From: an uncultured bacterium
GTDB taxonomy: Bacteria > Acidobacteriota > Aminicenantia > Aminicenantales > CALLJL01
Direction: 5' to 3'
Assembly (NCBI GenBank): GCA_938092135.1
Contig: CALLJL010000015.1
Coordinates: 1,522 to 65,521, forward strand
DNA length: 64,000 nt
The first letter of the stretch is position 1; each line of letters opens with the position of its first letter. The notes under the pieces are model-generated. The model was not told the origin of the DNA and ran no database searches. It was given only the letters and a program-made list of their open reading frames with translations. Both the position numbers and the translations under genes were made by a program. This document shows positions 28,660-37,371 of this stretch, in pieces.

Positions 28660-28688
28660 ATCCTATACCAGATAAAAAGATTTGTCAA
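28660..28688 (-). promoter_or_regulatory. Putative sigma-70 promoter of the ispH-rpsA-ihfB... operon
   Basis: On the minus strand: TTGACA (28688-28683), 17 nt spacer, TAGGAT (28665-28660). About 28 nt upstream of the ispH ATG (28631). Confidence 0.45.
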
Positions 28689-28693
28689 ATTAA

Positions 28694-29845
28694 CTAAGAA
28701 GGCGAGTGAAGAAAAAAGCCAAGTCCTTTTAAGGCAACTTCATTTGGATCTGGAATATTATTTATTTTTATCTTTTTTGAAGGATAAAGTTCATTAAAAC
28801 TTTCGACCAGACTGATGATTGAAGCCAGATGACGGCCCACTCTATCTTTAAGGGGAATGCCAGTTTCAGGATAATCCACAAAAAGGCGACCTGAGCGTGA
28901 CGCTCGGGGATAAAACTTGTCGATCCCTTCGACTATTAAATCTGGCGAGGGCTTTCCTTTGAGTCGTCCATGAGAAGCGTTGGGGGTTTCGATTAACACA
29001 GCCAAAATTCCAGCCGCATCTCCCCATTCTCTGTGGCTTAAACCTCTCAAATTGGGCGGAGATGCCTCGAGCCTAAGCTTTAAGCCAAAGGATTCCATAT
29101 TTATAGCAACCAAAGCAGCCAGCTCCGAACTATTTTCATGGAAGACAAGAGCATTGATAACCGGGTATTCAGGAGCTGATTCATGGACGTCAATTCCTAG
29201 GTCAATTTTTTCTTGGCGAATTACCTCCATTATCGCGAAGGCTATTTTTTCCGTAAGTAAGCCATCAGGTCTACCAGGATAACAACGGTTGAGGTTACGG
29301 ACCTCAGAGCCGGAAAGCTTCTGGCCGCTTGGATTAATATAAATAGCTGGATCAGGCCACTGGTGAATGGGATTCGTAAGGCGAGAGCCGAGCCTAAAGA
29401 AACGCTTGCCCTTGGCAGTTGAAATAAAAAAGCGCTGGGGACTTCCTTCTTGGGGATCGCTGTGGGTAAAGGCGCTGGCATTTGCCCTGGGGATAATAAC
29501 GACCTTGCCTTTATCAACAAAAATATTTTCAATTAAAATGACGGCGGTTAAAAAGCCAGCTGGCTCATTGGGATGGGTTCCCCCAGTTATCAAAATACAG
29601 CCACCAGGTTCTTTTCCCTCAAAGATATAGACATCGGTATCTCCCCAAGTATTTCTTAGCGCCGGAAAATAATCACTAAGCTTTTTATGATAGGATAAGC
29701 CAGAGGAGGGGAAAATAGGTTCAGATTGACGTTGGACAAGAAATTCTTTGCCGGCCAAAAAGGCGATGATAAGAGTGAGAATTAGAAGAACTATGGTTAA
29801 GGATAATCGTGGAAAAAAGAATTTTTTGATCAACCTTAGCCTCAT
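28694..29845 (-). CDS. Membrane-anchored succinylglutamate desuccinylase/aspartoacylase (AstE/AspA, M14-like) family zinc deacylase
   Basis: 383 aa. N-terminal TM segment (LSLTIVLLILTLIIAFLAG). GGTHPNEPAG zinc-ligand motif and a later DVHES block, typical of the AstE/AspA-type M14-like fold. Confidence 0.65.
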   Translation of the reverse strand: MRLRLIKKFFFPRLSLTIVLLILTLIIAFLAGKEFLVQRQSEPIFPSSGLSYHKKLSDYFPALRNTWGDTDVYIFEGKEPGGCILITGGTHPNEPAGFLTAVILIENIFVDKGKVVIIPRANASAFTHSDPQEGSPQRFFISTAKGKRFFRLGSRLTNPIHQWPDPAIYINPSGQKLSGSEVRNLNRCYPGRPDGLLTEKIAFAIMEVIRQEKIDLGIDVHESAPEYPVINALVFHENSSELAALVAINMESFGLKLRLEASPPNLRGLSHREWGDAAGILAVLIETPNASHGRLKGKPSPDLIVEGIDKFYPRASRSGRLFVDYPETGIPLKDRVGRHLASIISLVESFNELYPSKKIKINNIPDPNEVALKGLGFFLHSPS

Positions 29846-29989
29846 TTACTGAATTGATAATAATCTAAGCCAAAAAAGGATCAGAACCAGAGAAGCAGAT
29901 ACTTTAATCCAGACTTTTTTGCTTTTAAAAAGAATCACCACCAGGTTGATGGTTAAATAAAAAACTAGGAGCCAATAAAAGATGGTCAT
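29846..29989 (-). CDS. Unannotated 47-aa two-helix membrane micro-protein
   Basis: Not in the ORF track (below 60 aa). ATG at 29989-29987, TAA at 29848-29846. Translation MTIFYWLLVFYLTINLVVILFKSKKVWIKVSASLVLILFWLRLLSIQ shows two hydrophobic helices split by KSKK. It starts 2 nt after the permease stop and ends immediately before the ATG of the deacylase gene, so it exactly fills the gap. Confidence 0.5.
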   Translation of the reverse strand: MTIFYWLLVFYLTINLVVILFKSKKVWIKVSASLVLILFWLRLLSIQ

Positions 29990-29991
29990 AG

Positions 29992-31260
29992 CTAAATCCA
30001 TTTATCAAGTATTGGAGCGAATAATAATAAAATTAATCCCATGATCCAGAAAGTAGCCACAGGTATAAGCGAATGCTTCTGAACCCGAAAAAGAGAAGGC
30101 TCGTCCATCACCTGAGCAGCAAAACGAGCGGAAAAGGCGGCCGGCGGAACAATTTCTCCAATAGCTGCAAAAGTCGAAAGAGCAGCGGCTGTGAAAAGAG
30201 CATTAAGATTGATTAGAGCGAGGATAAAGGGAACTCCCAGGATTGAGGCAGAGCCAAAGGTGGATATGCCTCCAAAAAGGGGAAGACTCAGCATCATGGC
30301 TAAAATTAACCAGATTGAAGGAAGAGAGAGAATAGAGACCACTAACCATCCTCGGCTACCTGTAAGCGTCATTATTTGAGTGAACATGCCTACTCCAACC
30401 AGGATACTTAAAATGGGCAAGGATTCTTCGAGAGCTTTCTGGGTAGCCTGAAAAAAGGAAAAGGGCCGACCAGCGAGCCAGCCAAAAAGACTAGCTAGGA
30501 TAAAGCTACCGGGAAGACCGAGGTCTGGGATTATTTCTGGCCAGAGAGAAGGTCCGAGAAAAAGAAAAATAAGACTTAGCAAGGGAACAATGAGCCGCCA
30601 GCCATATTGAGGCCAAAAAGAAGGTGGTAATAGGGAGGCGAGATCGTCCTTGCTTATTTTTTTTGCTTCCTTAAGCCCTAACCATAGAGAAACCAAAATA
30701 GCGAGAGGCCCAACCAAAATTAGTAGTGGAACGGTTATACCGACATAGGGCATATCTACGCCAGCGCCCATTATCATAACCAAAATATTAATGGGAGGGG
30801 CTATCATTCCAAGAATACCTCCCATCGCCAGAAAGGAGGCTGCTCGTGACCGACTTAAACCAATTTTTAATAAAACAGGAGCCACAAGAGGTCCGGCACT
30901 CAGAATGGCGGTAACTGATGAGCCGGTAATCATTCCCGGGAACATAATAATGAACATTAAAATAAGAAGGAAAAGAGGCTTGTATCGATAAAAGGTTCGA
31001 AGGAGAAAATTGACATAAGTGTCAAGAGCGCCTGAACCCTCAAGGGTTTTCATGAAAATCGTGGCTGTCAGAATGATTAAAAGAGTATCGAAATAACCGA
31101 AGGCCCCTTCGACTAAATGTCTCCAGGGTAAGCCAGAGCCACTAGCCAATGAACCAATCAAAGCGGCCAGAAAAAGGCTCACGCCCACAGGAAAACGAAC
31201 TAGCAGGGTCAGAAGAATAAAGGAAAGGAGCATCAAAACAAAAATTAAAGGTTCGCTCAT
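29992..31260 (-). CDS. DctM-type (TRAP large subunit-like) permease, no adjacent DctQ/DctP
   Basis: 422 aa polytopic protein. FPVGVSLFLAALIG, ITGSSVTAILSAGPLVAPVLLKIG and GMIAPPINILVMIMG align with hallmark DctM blocks (..SGSS.AT....G....P.M.. and ..LIPPS...). Confidence 0.7.
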   Translation of the reverse strand: MSEPLIFVLMLLSFILLTLLVRFPVGVSLFLAALIGSLASGSGLPWRHLVEGAFGYFDTLLIILTATIFMKTLEGSGALDTYVNFLLRTFYRYKPLFLLILMFIIMFPGMITGSSVTAILSAGPLVAPVLLKIGLSRSRAASFLAMGGILGMIAPPINILVMIMGAGVDMPYVGITVPLLILVGPLAILVSLWLGLKEAKKISKDDLASLLPPSFWPQYGWRLIVPLLSLIFLFLGPSLWPEIIPDLGLPGSFILASLFGWLAGRPFSFFQATQKALEESLPILSILVGVGMFTQIMTLTGSRGWLVVSILSLPSIWLILAMMLSLPLFGGISTFGSASILGVPFILALINLNALFTAAALSTFAAIGEIVPPAAFSARFAAQVMDEPSLFRVQKHSLIPVATFWIMGLILLLFAPILDKWI

Positions 31261-31290
31261 AATTTAAAAAATTAAAGAAATATTCAATTT

Positions 31291-31848
31291 TTATTTTGAA
31301 AAGGAATTTTTTAAAGGTTCAAGAGCATCCGAAATTTTTTCGACTTCAACCAAGGGGATGCCCAGGTCTTGGCACATTCGGGTAAAAAGACCATCTTTAT
31401 TTCCTGATTTTACCACAATGACCATTTTGGCCGCTGGTAAACAAGCCTTAATGAATTGGTCACTTTGGGCTCCCCTTCTTTCTTCCCCGCCTAAATGAAG
31501 ACAGAGAATAGGAATATCTTTTTGTCGAGAAAATTCTATAAGACTTTTAACCCTTTCAAGTTCTTTATTAATATCAATTCCAGCAGCGCCTAATCCTTTT
31601 AAGCTAGCTCCAAGAACCAGAAGGAGAGATTTATAACCTTCAAGATCTTGACCTGTAGCCATCTTATTCAGAATATGATCAATTCCCGCTCTTTTAGCCA
31701 AAACAGCCACCATTTGAACTTCAGCATTTTGGCCGGCCGAAGTGATCAAAGCAGGTTGGGAAAATTTGGGTAAATCCGGGGAAGAAGCGGCAAAAAGATA
31801 GAAAAGAAAGAACATTAAACTTGAAGTTATAGTTTTCTTGATTTCCAT
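31291..31848 (-). CDS. Secreted or lipid-anchored protein of unknown function (alpha/beta, Rossmann-like pattern)
   Basis: 185 aa. N-terminal signal MEIKKTITSSLMFFLFYLFAASS. Alternating beta-alpha pattern (PALITSAGQNAEVQMVAVLAKRAGI.., LLLVLGASLKG, PILCLHLGGEERRG, MVIVVKSGN). I do not recognise a family. Confidence 0.45.
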   Translation of the reverse strand: MEIKKTITSSLMFFLFYLFAASSPDLPKFSQPALITSAGQNAEVQMVAVLAKRAGIDHILNKMATGQDLEGYKSLLLVLGASLKGLGAAGIDINKELERVKSLIEFSRQKDIPILCLHLGGEERRGAQSDQFIKACLPAAKMVIVVKSGNKDGLFTRMCQDLGIPLVEVEKISDALEPLKNSFSK

Positions 31849-31866
31849 TAAAAGCCTCCTTTAGGA

Positions 31867-33618
31867 TTAATAACCCTGACCAAAGCCATCACGACGGGAA
31901 TCGGCGCCTCCAAGAATGAGGTTTCTGGCTCGGTCGATCATTATGCCCTGAGCACCTCCAAAATATTTATCATAGGGCTCCCGAAGTGTGATTTTATGAC
32001 CTAAGGATTCGAGTTCTTTAATGATCTCTAAGGGAAAACGGGGTTCAAGGTTTAAAGGACGAATCTGACCATTCTGGGAATAGCTGAAAAAGCGAGGGGC
32101 TTCAATAGCTGCATCAAGGGAGAGGCCAAAATCAATTAGATTAATAATAATTTCAGCCAGAGTGGGAAAGATTCTGGTTCCGCCAGGAGAACCCAAGATA
32201 AGTTTGAGCTTCCCCTTTTTAAACAAAAGTAAAGGGGCCATAGAACTTGCCGGACGACGACCTGGACCAGGAGAATTAGGACCTGAATCACTACTGGCAA
32301 AATCATCCAAGGTATTATTAAGAATAAAACCAGTGCCTTCGGGAATAATTCCCGAACCAAAAAAATGATTGATCGATTGAGTCAAAGCCACGGCATTTCC
32401 CTTCTCATCCACCACACAGAGATGGGTGGTATTACCCGCCTTGGTTTCAATTGGTGAATTTTCGGGTAAATACTCCATTAAAACCCTATCAGGTCTGATC
32501 AAGTTAGCCTTATGTTGAGCTGATTTAGGTGAAAGGAGCTTATCCACGGGAATATCGATAAAATCAGGATCGCCAAGAAAAGCTTCACGGTCGGCAAAAA
32601 CAAGGCGCATGGCTTCGGTTAAATGATGAAGATAACGACTTGAAGTTAGACCCCATTCAGATAAGGGCCAGAAAGAAGCAATGTTGAGTAATTGAAGAAG
32701 ATGCAGACCTGAGCCCGGAGGAGGTATGGTATAAATTTCAGCTTCCCTATATTGTCCCCTTAGGGGCTCAACCTCAACAGCTCGGTAATGGGCTAAATCT
32801 TCAAGGGTCATTAAACCTCCCTTTTCCTGAACAGCTCGGACTATTTTTCGGGCAATCTCCCCTTGATAAAAAATTTCGATTCCCCTTTGAGCTATAAGCT
32901 GCAAAGTTTCTGCCAACTCAGGGTTGCGAAACAAATCCCCCGGCTCATAGGGAAGTCCCTCTTTAAGATAAATTGTGTTTTCGCCAGCATTGGCTAAGAT
33001 TTTTTCGTATTCTTCTTTATTAATAGCGCTAAAAGTTTCGCTTACAGGAAAGCCTTTTTTGGCAATTTCAATAGCTGGTTGCATTACCTCAATTAAAGAT
33101 TTTGTTCCATAACGGCGGAGAGCCAGTTCCCAGCCGGCAAGAGCCCCAGGTACACCAACAGCTGTTCCTTTGAGTGTCCTCCAGACTGGGGCTTCTTCGC
33201 CTTTTTCATTGAAAATTTGGGCATAAAAATTTAAGGGAGCTTTTTCCCTAAAATTAATAACGGTGACCTTTTTTCTTTCCGATAAATAAATAATCATAAA
33301 GCCGCCGCCACCAATGCCCGAGGCAAAAGGTTCAGCCGCATTGAGAGCGCAGGCCGTGGCAATGGCTGCATCAATTGCGTTACCGCCGGTTTTTAAAATT
33401 TTTAAACCCGCTTCAACCGCCAAAGGATGGGCGGCAACAACCATGGCTTTTTGACCCGTATACTCATAGGGCTCATGACGATCAGCTGGTGGCGGGCTTA
33501 TTTTAAATTGATGGGGCCGACAACAAAAGAGCCACGAAAAAAGAGCTATTAAAAAAAACTTATACAATTCATAGAGCTCAAATTTGCTCAATGTCTTTTT
33601 CCTCCAAAAGACGGGCAA
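31867..33618 (-). CDS. ggt: Gamma-glutamyltransferase
   Basis: 583 aa. AHPLA...G..IL..GGNA.DAA, GIGGGGFM, the autoprocessing/nucleophile site GNTTHLCVVD, and SSMAP...GSPGG. The modelled ATG overlaps scpB by 41 nt; an in-frame TTG at 33567 is an alternative start. Confidence 0.9.
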   Translation of the reverse strand: MPVFWRKKTLSKFELYELYKFFLIALFSWLFCCRPHQFKISPPPADRHEPYEYTGQKAMVVAAHPLAVEAGLKILKTGGNAIDAAIATACALNAAEPFASGIGGGGFMIIYLSERKKVTVINFREKAPLNFYAQIFNEKGEEAPVWRTLKGTAVGVPGALAGWELALRRYGTKSLIEVMQPAIEIAKKGFPVSETFSAINKEEYEKILANAGENTIYLKEGLPYEPGDLFRNPELAETLQLIAQRGIEIFYQGEIARKIVRAVQEKGGLMTLEDLAHYRAVEVEPLRGQYREAEIYTIPPPGSGLHLLQLLNIASFWPLSEWGLTSSRYLHHLTEAMRLVFADREAFLGDPDFIDIPVDKLLSPKSAQHKANLIRPDRVLMEYLPENSPIETKAGNTTHLCVVDEKGNAVALTQSINHFFGSGIIPEGTGFILNNTLDDFASSDSGPNSPGPGRRPASSMAPLLLFKKGKLKLILGSPGGTRIFPTLAEIIINLIDFGLSLDAAIEAPRFFSYSQNGQIRPLNLEPRFPLEIIKELESLGHKITLREPYDKYFGGAQGIMIDRARNLILGGADSRRDGFGQGY

Positions 33619-34126
33619 TTTCCTCCTCTGAAGGGAGGTCTTCTAAGCTGTTCAGACCAAAATAAAGAAGAAATTTTTCTGTTGTCCGGTAAACTAGAGG
33701 ACGACCTGGGGTTGATCGTCGGCCGACAATTTTGATTAATTTTTTTTCGAGGAGAGTTTTAATTGTTCCTGTGGAATCAACTCCTCGAATAGCTGCAATT
33801 TCGGAAGCGGTTATTGGCTGATGATAGGCTATAATAGCCAAGGTTTCCAGAGCTGCCTGCGAAAGGCGACTTTTGCGCTCTATTTGCAAGAGACGGCGGA
33901 TCCAGGGATCAAATTCAGGTCTGGTGGTGAAAAGGTAGCCTCCAGCTGATTGCAGGAGGCATATGCCCCTATTGTTAGCCCCATAATTTTCCTGCAATTC
34001 TTTTAGGGCCCGGTCTATTTCCTCCTCAGGAAAATCGGCTAGCACCTCTTTTATTTTTTCTGGGCTCAAGGGTTCTGGAGAAACAAAAATCAGGGCTTCA
34101 ATTATATTGCGGATATCTTCACTCAT
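33578..34126 (-). CDS. scpB: Segregation and condensation protein B
   Basis: 182 aa. IEALIFVSPEPLS...., LSQAALETLAIIAYHQPITASEIAAIRGVDS and GRPLVYRTT.KFL..FGL are canonical ScpB winged-helix motifs. Confidence 0.92.
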   Translation of the reverse strand: MSEDIRNIIEALIFVSPEPLSPEKIKEVLADFPEEEIDRALKELQENYGANNRGICLLQSAGGYLFTTRPEFDPWIRRLLQIERKSRLSQAALETLAIIAYHQPITASEIAAIRGVDSTGTIKTLLEKKLIKIVGRRSTPGRPLVYRTTEKFLLYFGLNSLEDLPSEEEIARLLEEKDIEQI

Positions 34127-34872
34127 TTCGTTTCCTCAATTAATTTTTCCCGCCGAAGCCAGACTTTAATTGTCTGAAAAAGACTTTCTTGAAAGGCAAT
34201 AACTAACCTGGCCCTGACAAGTTCTAGAAGGCAAAAAAAAGCCACAAGAGCTTCCTCGAGAGAGGGCTGTTGTTTTAAATATTCAAGGAAATCGAGAACA
34301 GGCTGCCTTTCTAGCAGATCAAGGATCTCCTGCATTTTTTTTTCAAGGGAAACTTCGCGGCCTTTAAGAACTTTAAAATCTTCATTTTCCTTCTGCTTCA
34401 TAAGAAAATAAAAACATTCAGCTAGATCAAAAAGATTGACTTCTAAAATTTCTTCTTCTTCCGAAGTTGGAACCACGGGGATAAAAGGTCTGAACCAACG
34501 GCGCTGTTGTTCCTCTTCTTTTTGTCTCAGCAGAGAACAAGTTATTTTCATTTTTTGATATTCAAGGAGTTTATCTACCAGAACCTGCCTTTGGTCAGAA
34601 ACTTCATCATCCTGAGGTTGTTCTCGAGGTAAAAGCATCTGGCTCTTTAGATAAATTAAGAAGGCAGCCATTAGCAAGAACTCAGCTTCTCGGTTAAGAT
34701 TAATGTTTTGTTTTTTGGCCAGATAATCAAGATAATCTTTAGTAATCACGGCTATGGGGATATCGTGAATGTTAAGTTTTCTTTTTTTAATTAAAAAAAG
34801 AAGGAGGTCGAGGGGACCTTCAAAGATTTCAAGCCTTACCTGATAGCTTTCTTGAAGTTCACCTGATTCCAT
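34123..34872 (-). CDS. scpA: Segregation and condensation protein A
   Basis: FEGPLDLLLFLIKKRKLNIHDIPIA.IT.DYL is the ScpA signature. I start the gene at ATG 34872 (MESGELQESYQVRLEIFEGP), 5 nt after the trpS stop. The ORF-track start at 34965 would overlap trpS by 88 nt and adds a basic non-conserved extension. Confidence 0.88.
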   Translation of the reverse strand: MESGELQESYQVRLEIFEGPLDLLLFLIKKRKLNIHDIPIAVITKDYLDYLAKKQNINLNREAEFLLMAAFLIYLKSQMLLPREQPQDDEVSDQRQVLVDKLLEYQKMKITCSLLRQKEEEQQRRWFRPFIPVVPTSEEEEILEVNLFDLAECFYFLMKQKENEDFKVLKGREVSLEKKMQEILDLLERQPVLDFLEYLKQQPSLEEALVAFFCLLELVRARLVIAFQESLFQTIKVWLRREKLIEETK

Positions 34873-34877
34873 AGACG

Positions 34878-35861
34878 TCAAAAACCAATGGCTTTTCTGA
34901 CTTCCTCCATGGTTTTTTTGGCCTTTTCTCGCGCCCTTTTGGCTCCTTCGGCTAGGATTTCCCACACCTCCTGAGGGTGATTTTCGTAAAATTTCCTTTT
35001 TTCCCAGTAAGGGGTAAGGAGCTCTATTAAACTATCTATAAGAACCTTTTTACAATCGAGACAGCCGATACCCGCCACTCGACAGGAAGCCGCCAAACTC
35101 TCTCTTTTTTCTTCAGAGACAAAAGCTCGATGGAGGGTAAAAACAGGGCAATCTTCAGGCACCCCAGGATCGGTCCTTCGCTTTCTCCTTGTATCAGTCA
35201 TCATGGTAGCAATTTTCTCTTTAATAATTTCAGGGGAGTCTTTAAGGTAAATAGCATTATTGAAAGATTTGCTCATTTTCCGGCCATCAGTTCCAGCGAT
35301 GCGGGGAGTTTCCGTCAACAACATCTGAGGTTCAGGAAAAATCTCTCCGAAATAGCGATTGAAGCGGCGACATATTTCCCGGGCAAGCTCGAGATGGGGG
35401 GCCTGATCTTCACCCACGGGAACAACTTCTGCTTTATAAATTAAAATGTCTGCAGTCTGTAAGACAGGATAGCCAAGGAAACCATAAGTATTTAAATCTC
35501 GATCTCCCATTTCCCTTTGCATTTCCTTAAAAGTCGGAACTCTTTCTACCCATGGAAGGGGAGTAATCATCGATAGAAGCAGATGAAGCTCGGCATGTTC
35601 TTTGACATCAGATTGAATGAAGAGAACACTAAGCTTGGGATCGAGACCAACGCTTAGCCAATCAATAGCCACTTCAAAGGTGTTTTCTTTTATTAATCGA
35701 GAATTCTGGTATTCAGAACTTAGGGCGTGCCAGGTGACAATAGTGTAATAACATTGATATTCTTCCTGAAGTTTAATCCAATTACGAAGAGCCCCAGCAT
35801 AATTGCCTAAATGAAGGGGCCCGGTTGGTCTCATGCCGCTAAGCACAATCTTTTTGGTCAT
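34878..35861 (-). CDS. trpS: Tryptophan--tRNA ligase
   Basis: 327 aa. SGMRPTGPLHLGNY (HIGH-type motif), GEDQ..H.EL.R..., and KMSKS present (GRKMSKS). Confidence 0.95.
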   Translation of the reverse strand: MTKKIVLSGMRPTGPLHLGNYAGALRNWIKLQEEYQCYYTIVTWHALSSEYQNSRLIKENTFEVAIDWLSVGLDPKLSVLFIQSDVKEHAELHLLLSMITPLPWVERVPTFKEMQREMGDRDLNTYGFLGYPVLQTADILIYKAEVVPVGEDQAPHLELAREICRRFNRYFGEIFPEPQMLLTETPRIAGTDGRKMSKSFNNAIYLKDSPEIIKEKIATMMTDTRRKRRTDPGVPEDCPVFTLHRAFVSEEKRESLAASCRVAGIGCLDCKKVLIDSLIELLTPYWEKRKFYENHPQEVWEILAEGAKRAREKAKKTMEEVRKAIGF

Positions 35862-35872
35862 GGTAGTCCTAT

Positions 35873-36553
35873 TTAGAGAAAAACAATAGTGTATATAAAT
35901 AATTGGACAGGTTTTATGATTAATTGAAGTATTCCGAGATAAATAAGGGCAAGAACAATAAATATGCCAAAGGGTTTCAATCGTTCATAACGAACCGCAG
36001 CTTCGTAGGATAAAAGGCCCATCAGAATGCCACTACCATCAAGGGGGGGAACAGGAATTAAATTAAATATAGCTAAATAGACGTTGGTGAGGGTCAGGTA
36101 AAAGAAAATTACCGCCAGGCCCTGAAGAGGGTAAAAGCCCCGGGGTAAAGTGCGGCCGCCTAAAAGAAAATCGTGGAGGAAATCTTTGAGCTCAGGAACC
36201 AGTAGTTTGAGGAGAATAATGCCCACAAGAGCCACAGAGCCCAAGGCGAGGTTAGCCAGTGGCCCTGAAGCTGAAATCCAGAGGTTATCTTGGCGGGGAT
36301 GACGAAGATTATAGGGATTGACGGGCACAGGTTTGGCCCAACCAAAGGGGGGAGCACCAACTATAACCAGAATAATAGGAATTAAAACTGTGCCAATTGG
36401 ATCAATATGAGCTAAAGGATTTAAAGTTACCCGGCCAAGGCTGTAAGCTGTGGGATCGCCCATCTTCAGGGCTGTCCAAGCATGGGCAGCCTCATGAACC
36501 GTTATGGCCAAAAGCAAAACGAAAAGCCACAAAATTATAGCCACAATGCTCAT
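35873..36553 (-). CDS. Site-2 protease family (peptidase M50-like) membrane metalloprotease
   Basis: 226 aa polytopic protein. HEAAHAW (HExxH) in the first TM region and NLIPVPPLDGS (the NxxPxxxLDG motif of M50/S2P). Confidence 0.8.
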   Translation of the reverse strand: MSIVAIILWLFVLLLAITVHEAAHAWTALKMGDPTAYSLGRVTLNPLAHIDPIGTVLIPIILVIVGAPPFGWAKPVPVNPYNLRHPRQDNLWISASGPLANLALGSVALVGIILLKLLVPELKDFLHDFLLGGRTLPRGFYPLQGLAVIFFYLTLTNVYLAIFNLIPVPPLDGSGILMGLLSYEAAVRYERLKPFGIFIVLALIYLGILQLIIKPVQLFIYTIVFL

Positions 36554-36651
36554 TTTTTCCTGATATTTATAACATATAACCTCTAATGGGTAAAGATAAA
36601 TTTACAAAGAGGAAGAAAGATTTTTCTTTGAGACTATTTTGAGTTATTTCC

Positions 36652-36680
36652 TTGACATTGGATAATAAATGACCTAATTT
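36652..36680 (+). promoter_or_regulatory. Putative sigma-70 promoter of speH
   Basis: TTGACA (36652-57), 17 nt spacer, TAATTT (36675-80). AAAGGAGAGG SD before the ATG at 36716. Confidence 0.5.
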
Positions 36681-36715
36681 TAAAATTTAAGATAAAAGCG
36701 AAAAGGAGAGGATCA

Positions 36716-37156
36716 ATGGCGAAGGTTTATTCAACCATTGGTCGTCACTATATTGTCGAAGCTTCCGGTTGCGATCCCAATGTGATTGGAAGCGTTGAAA
36801 AAGTTCAGCAAATTCTGGTTAAGGCTGCTGAAATTGCCGGCGCCCAGGTCTGGTCAATTTCCTTCAGCCGGTTTCCTCCCAACGGAGTAAGTGGGGTTGT
36901 GGTTATCTCAGAAAGCCATATTTCTACTCATACATGGCCTGAATTTGGTTATGTAGCTCTTGATATATATACCTGCGGCCAGCATGTCGATCCAGAGAAA
37001 GCTGTCGTTTATGCTGTCCAGGCTTTTGGGGCCTCTACTTCCCACATTACAGAGATAACCAGAGGAATCGATGAAGGAGATTCCATCTTTTACCACAGCT
37101 TTGTTACCTGGGAGGAAGACATTCAGCGATTCAAAGAAATTAAAGGAGCGCGCTGA
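36716..37156 (+). CDS. speH: S-adenosylmethionine decarboxylase proenzyme (small bacterial/archaeal type)
   Basis: 146 aa. GRHYIVEASGC, then VVISESHISTHTWPE with the E-S self-cleavage (pyruvoyl-forming) site, then DIYTCG. Confidence 0.9.
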   Translation: MAKVYSTIGRHYIVEASGCDPNVIGSVEKVQQILVKAAEIAGAQVWSISFSRFPPNGVSGVVVISESHISTHTWPEFGYVALDIYTCGQHVDPEKAVVYAVQAFGASTSHITEITRGIDEGDSIFYHSFVTWEEDIQRFKEIKGAR

Positions 37157-37371
37157 AATTCTGCCATGTTAAATATTAATTAAAATGGCCAGTTAAATTA
37201 AAAGAAGGGGATATTAATTTTAAAGACTAAAATGTTTTGTGGAGCCAAGCAATTATAAAAAAACTTGAATATACTTAAAATTTATATAAAAGCCTGCCTA
37301 AATTTGCCTTAAAATCTCCACTCAATTGCCGGGTGAAGCCCTATAATATATAATAAAAATTGAGGTGAATT

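Noticed and set aside
34873-34965. 31-codon N-terminal extension of scpA in the ORF track (MGNPSRRSQKGARKGQKNHGG...).
   Set aside because: It would overlap the trpS 3' end by 88 nt. It is basic, low-complexity sequence read from the trpS antisense-independent frame. The conserved ScpA sequence begins right after the ATG at 34872, which sits 5 nt past the trpS stop.
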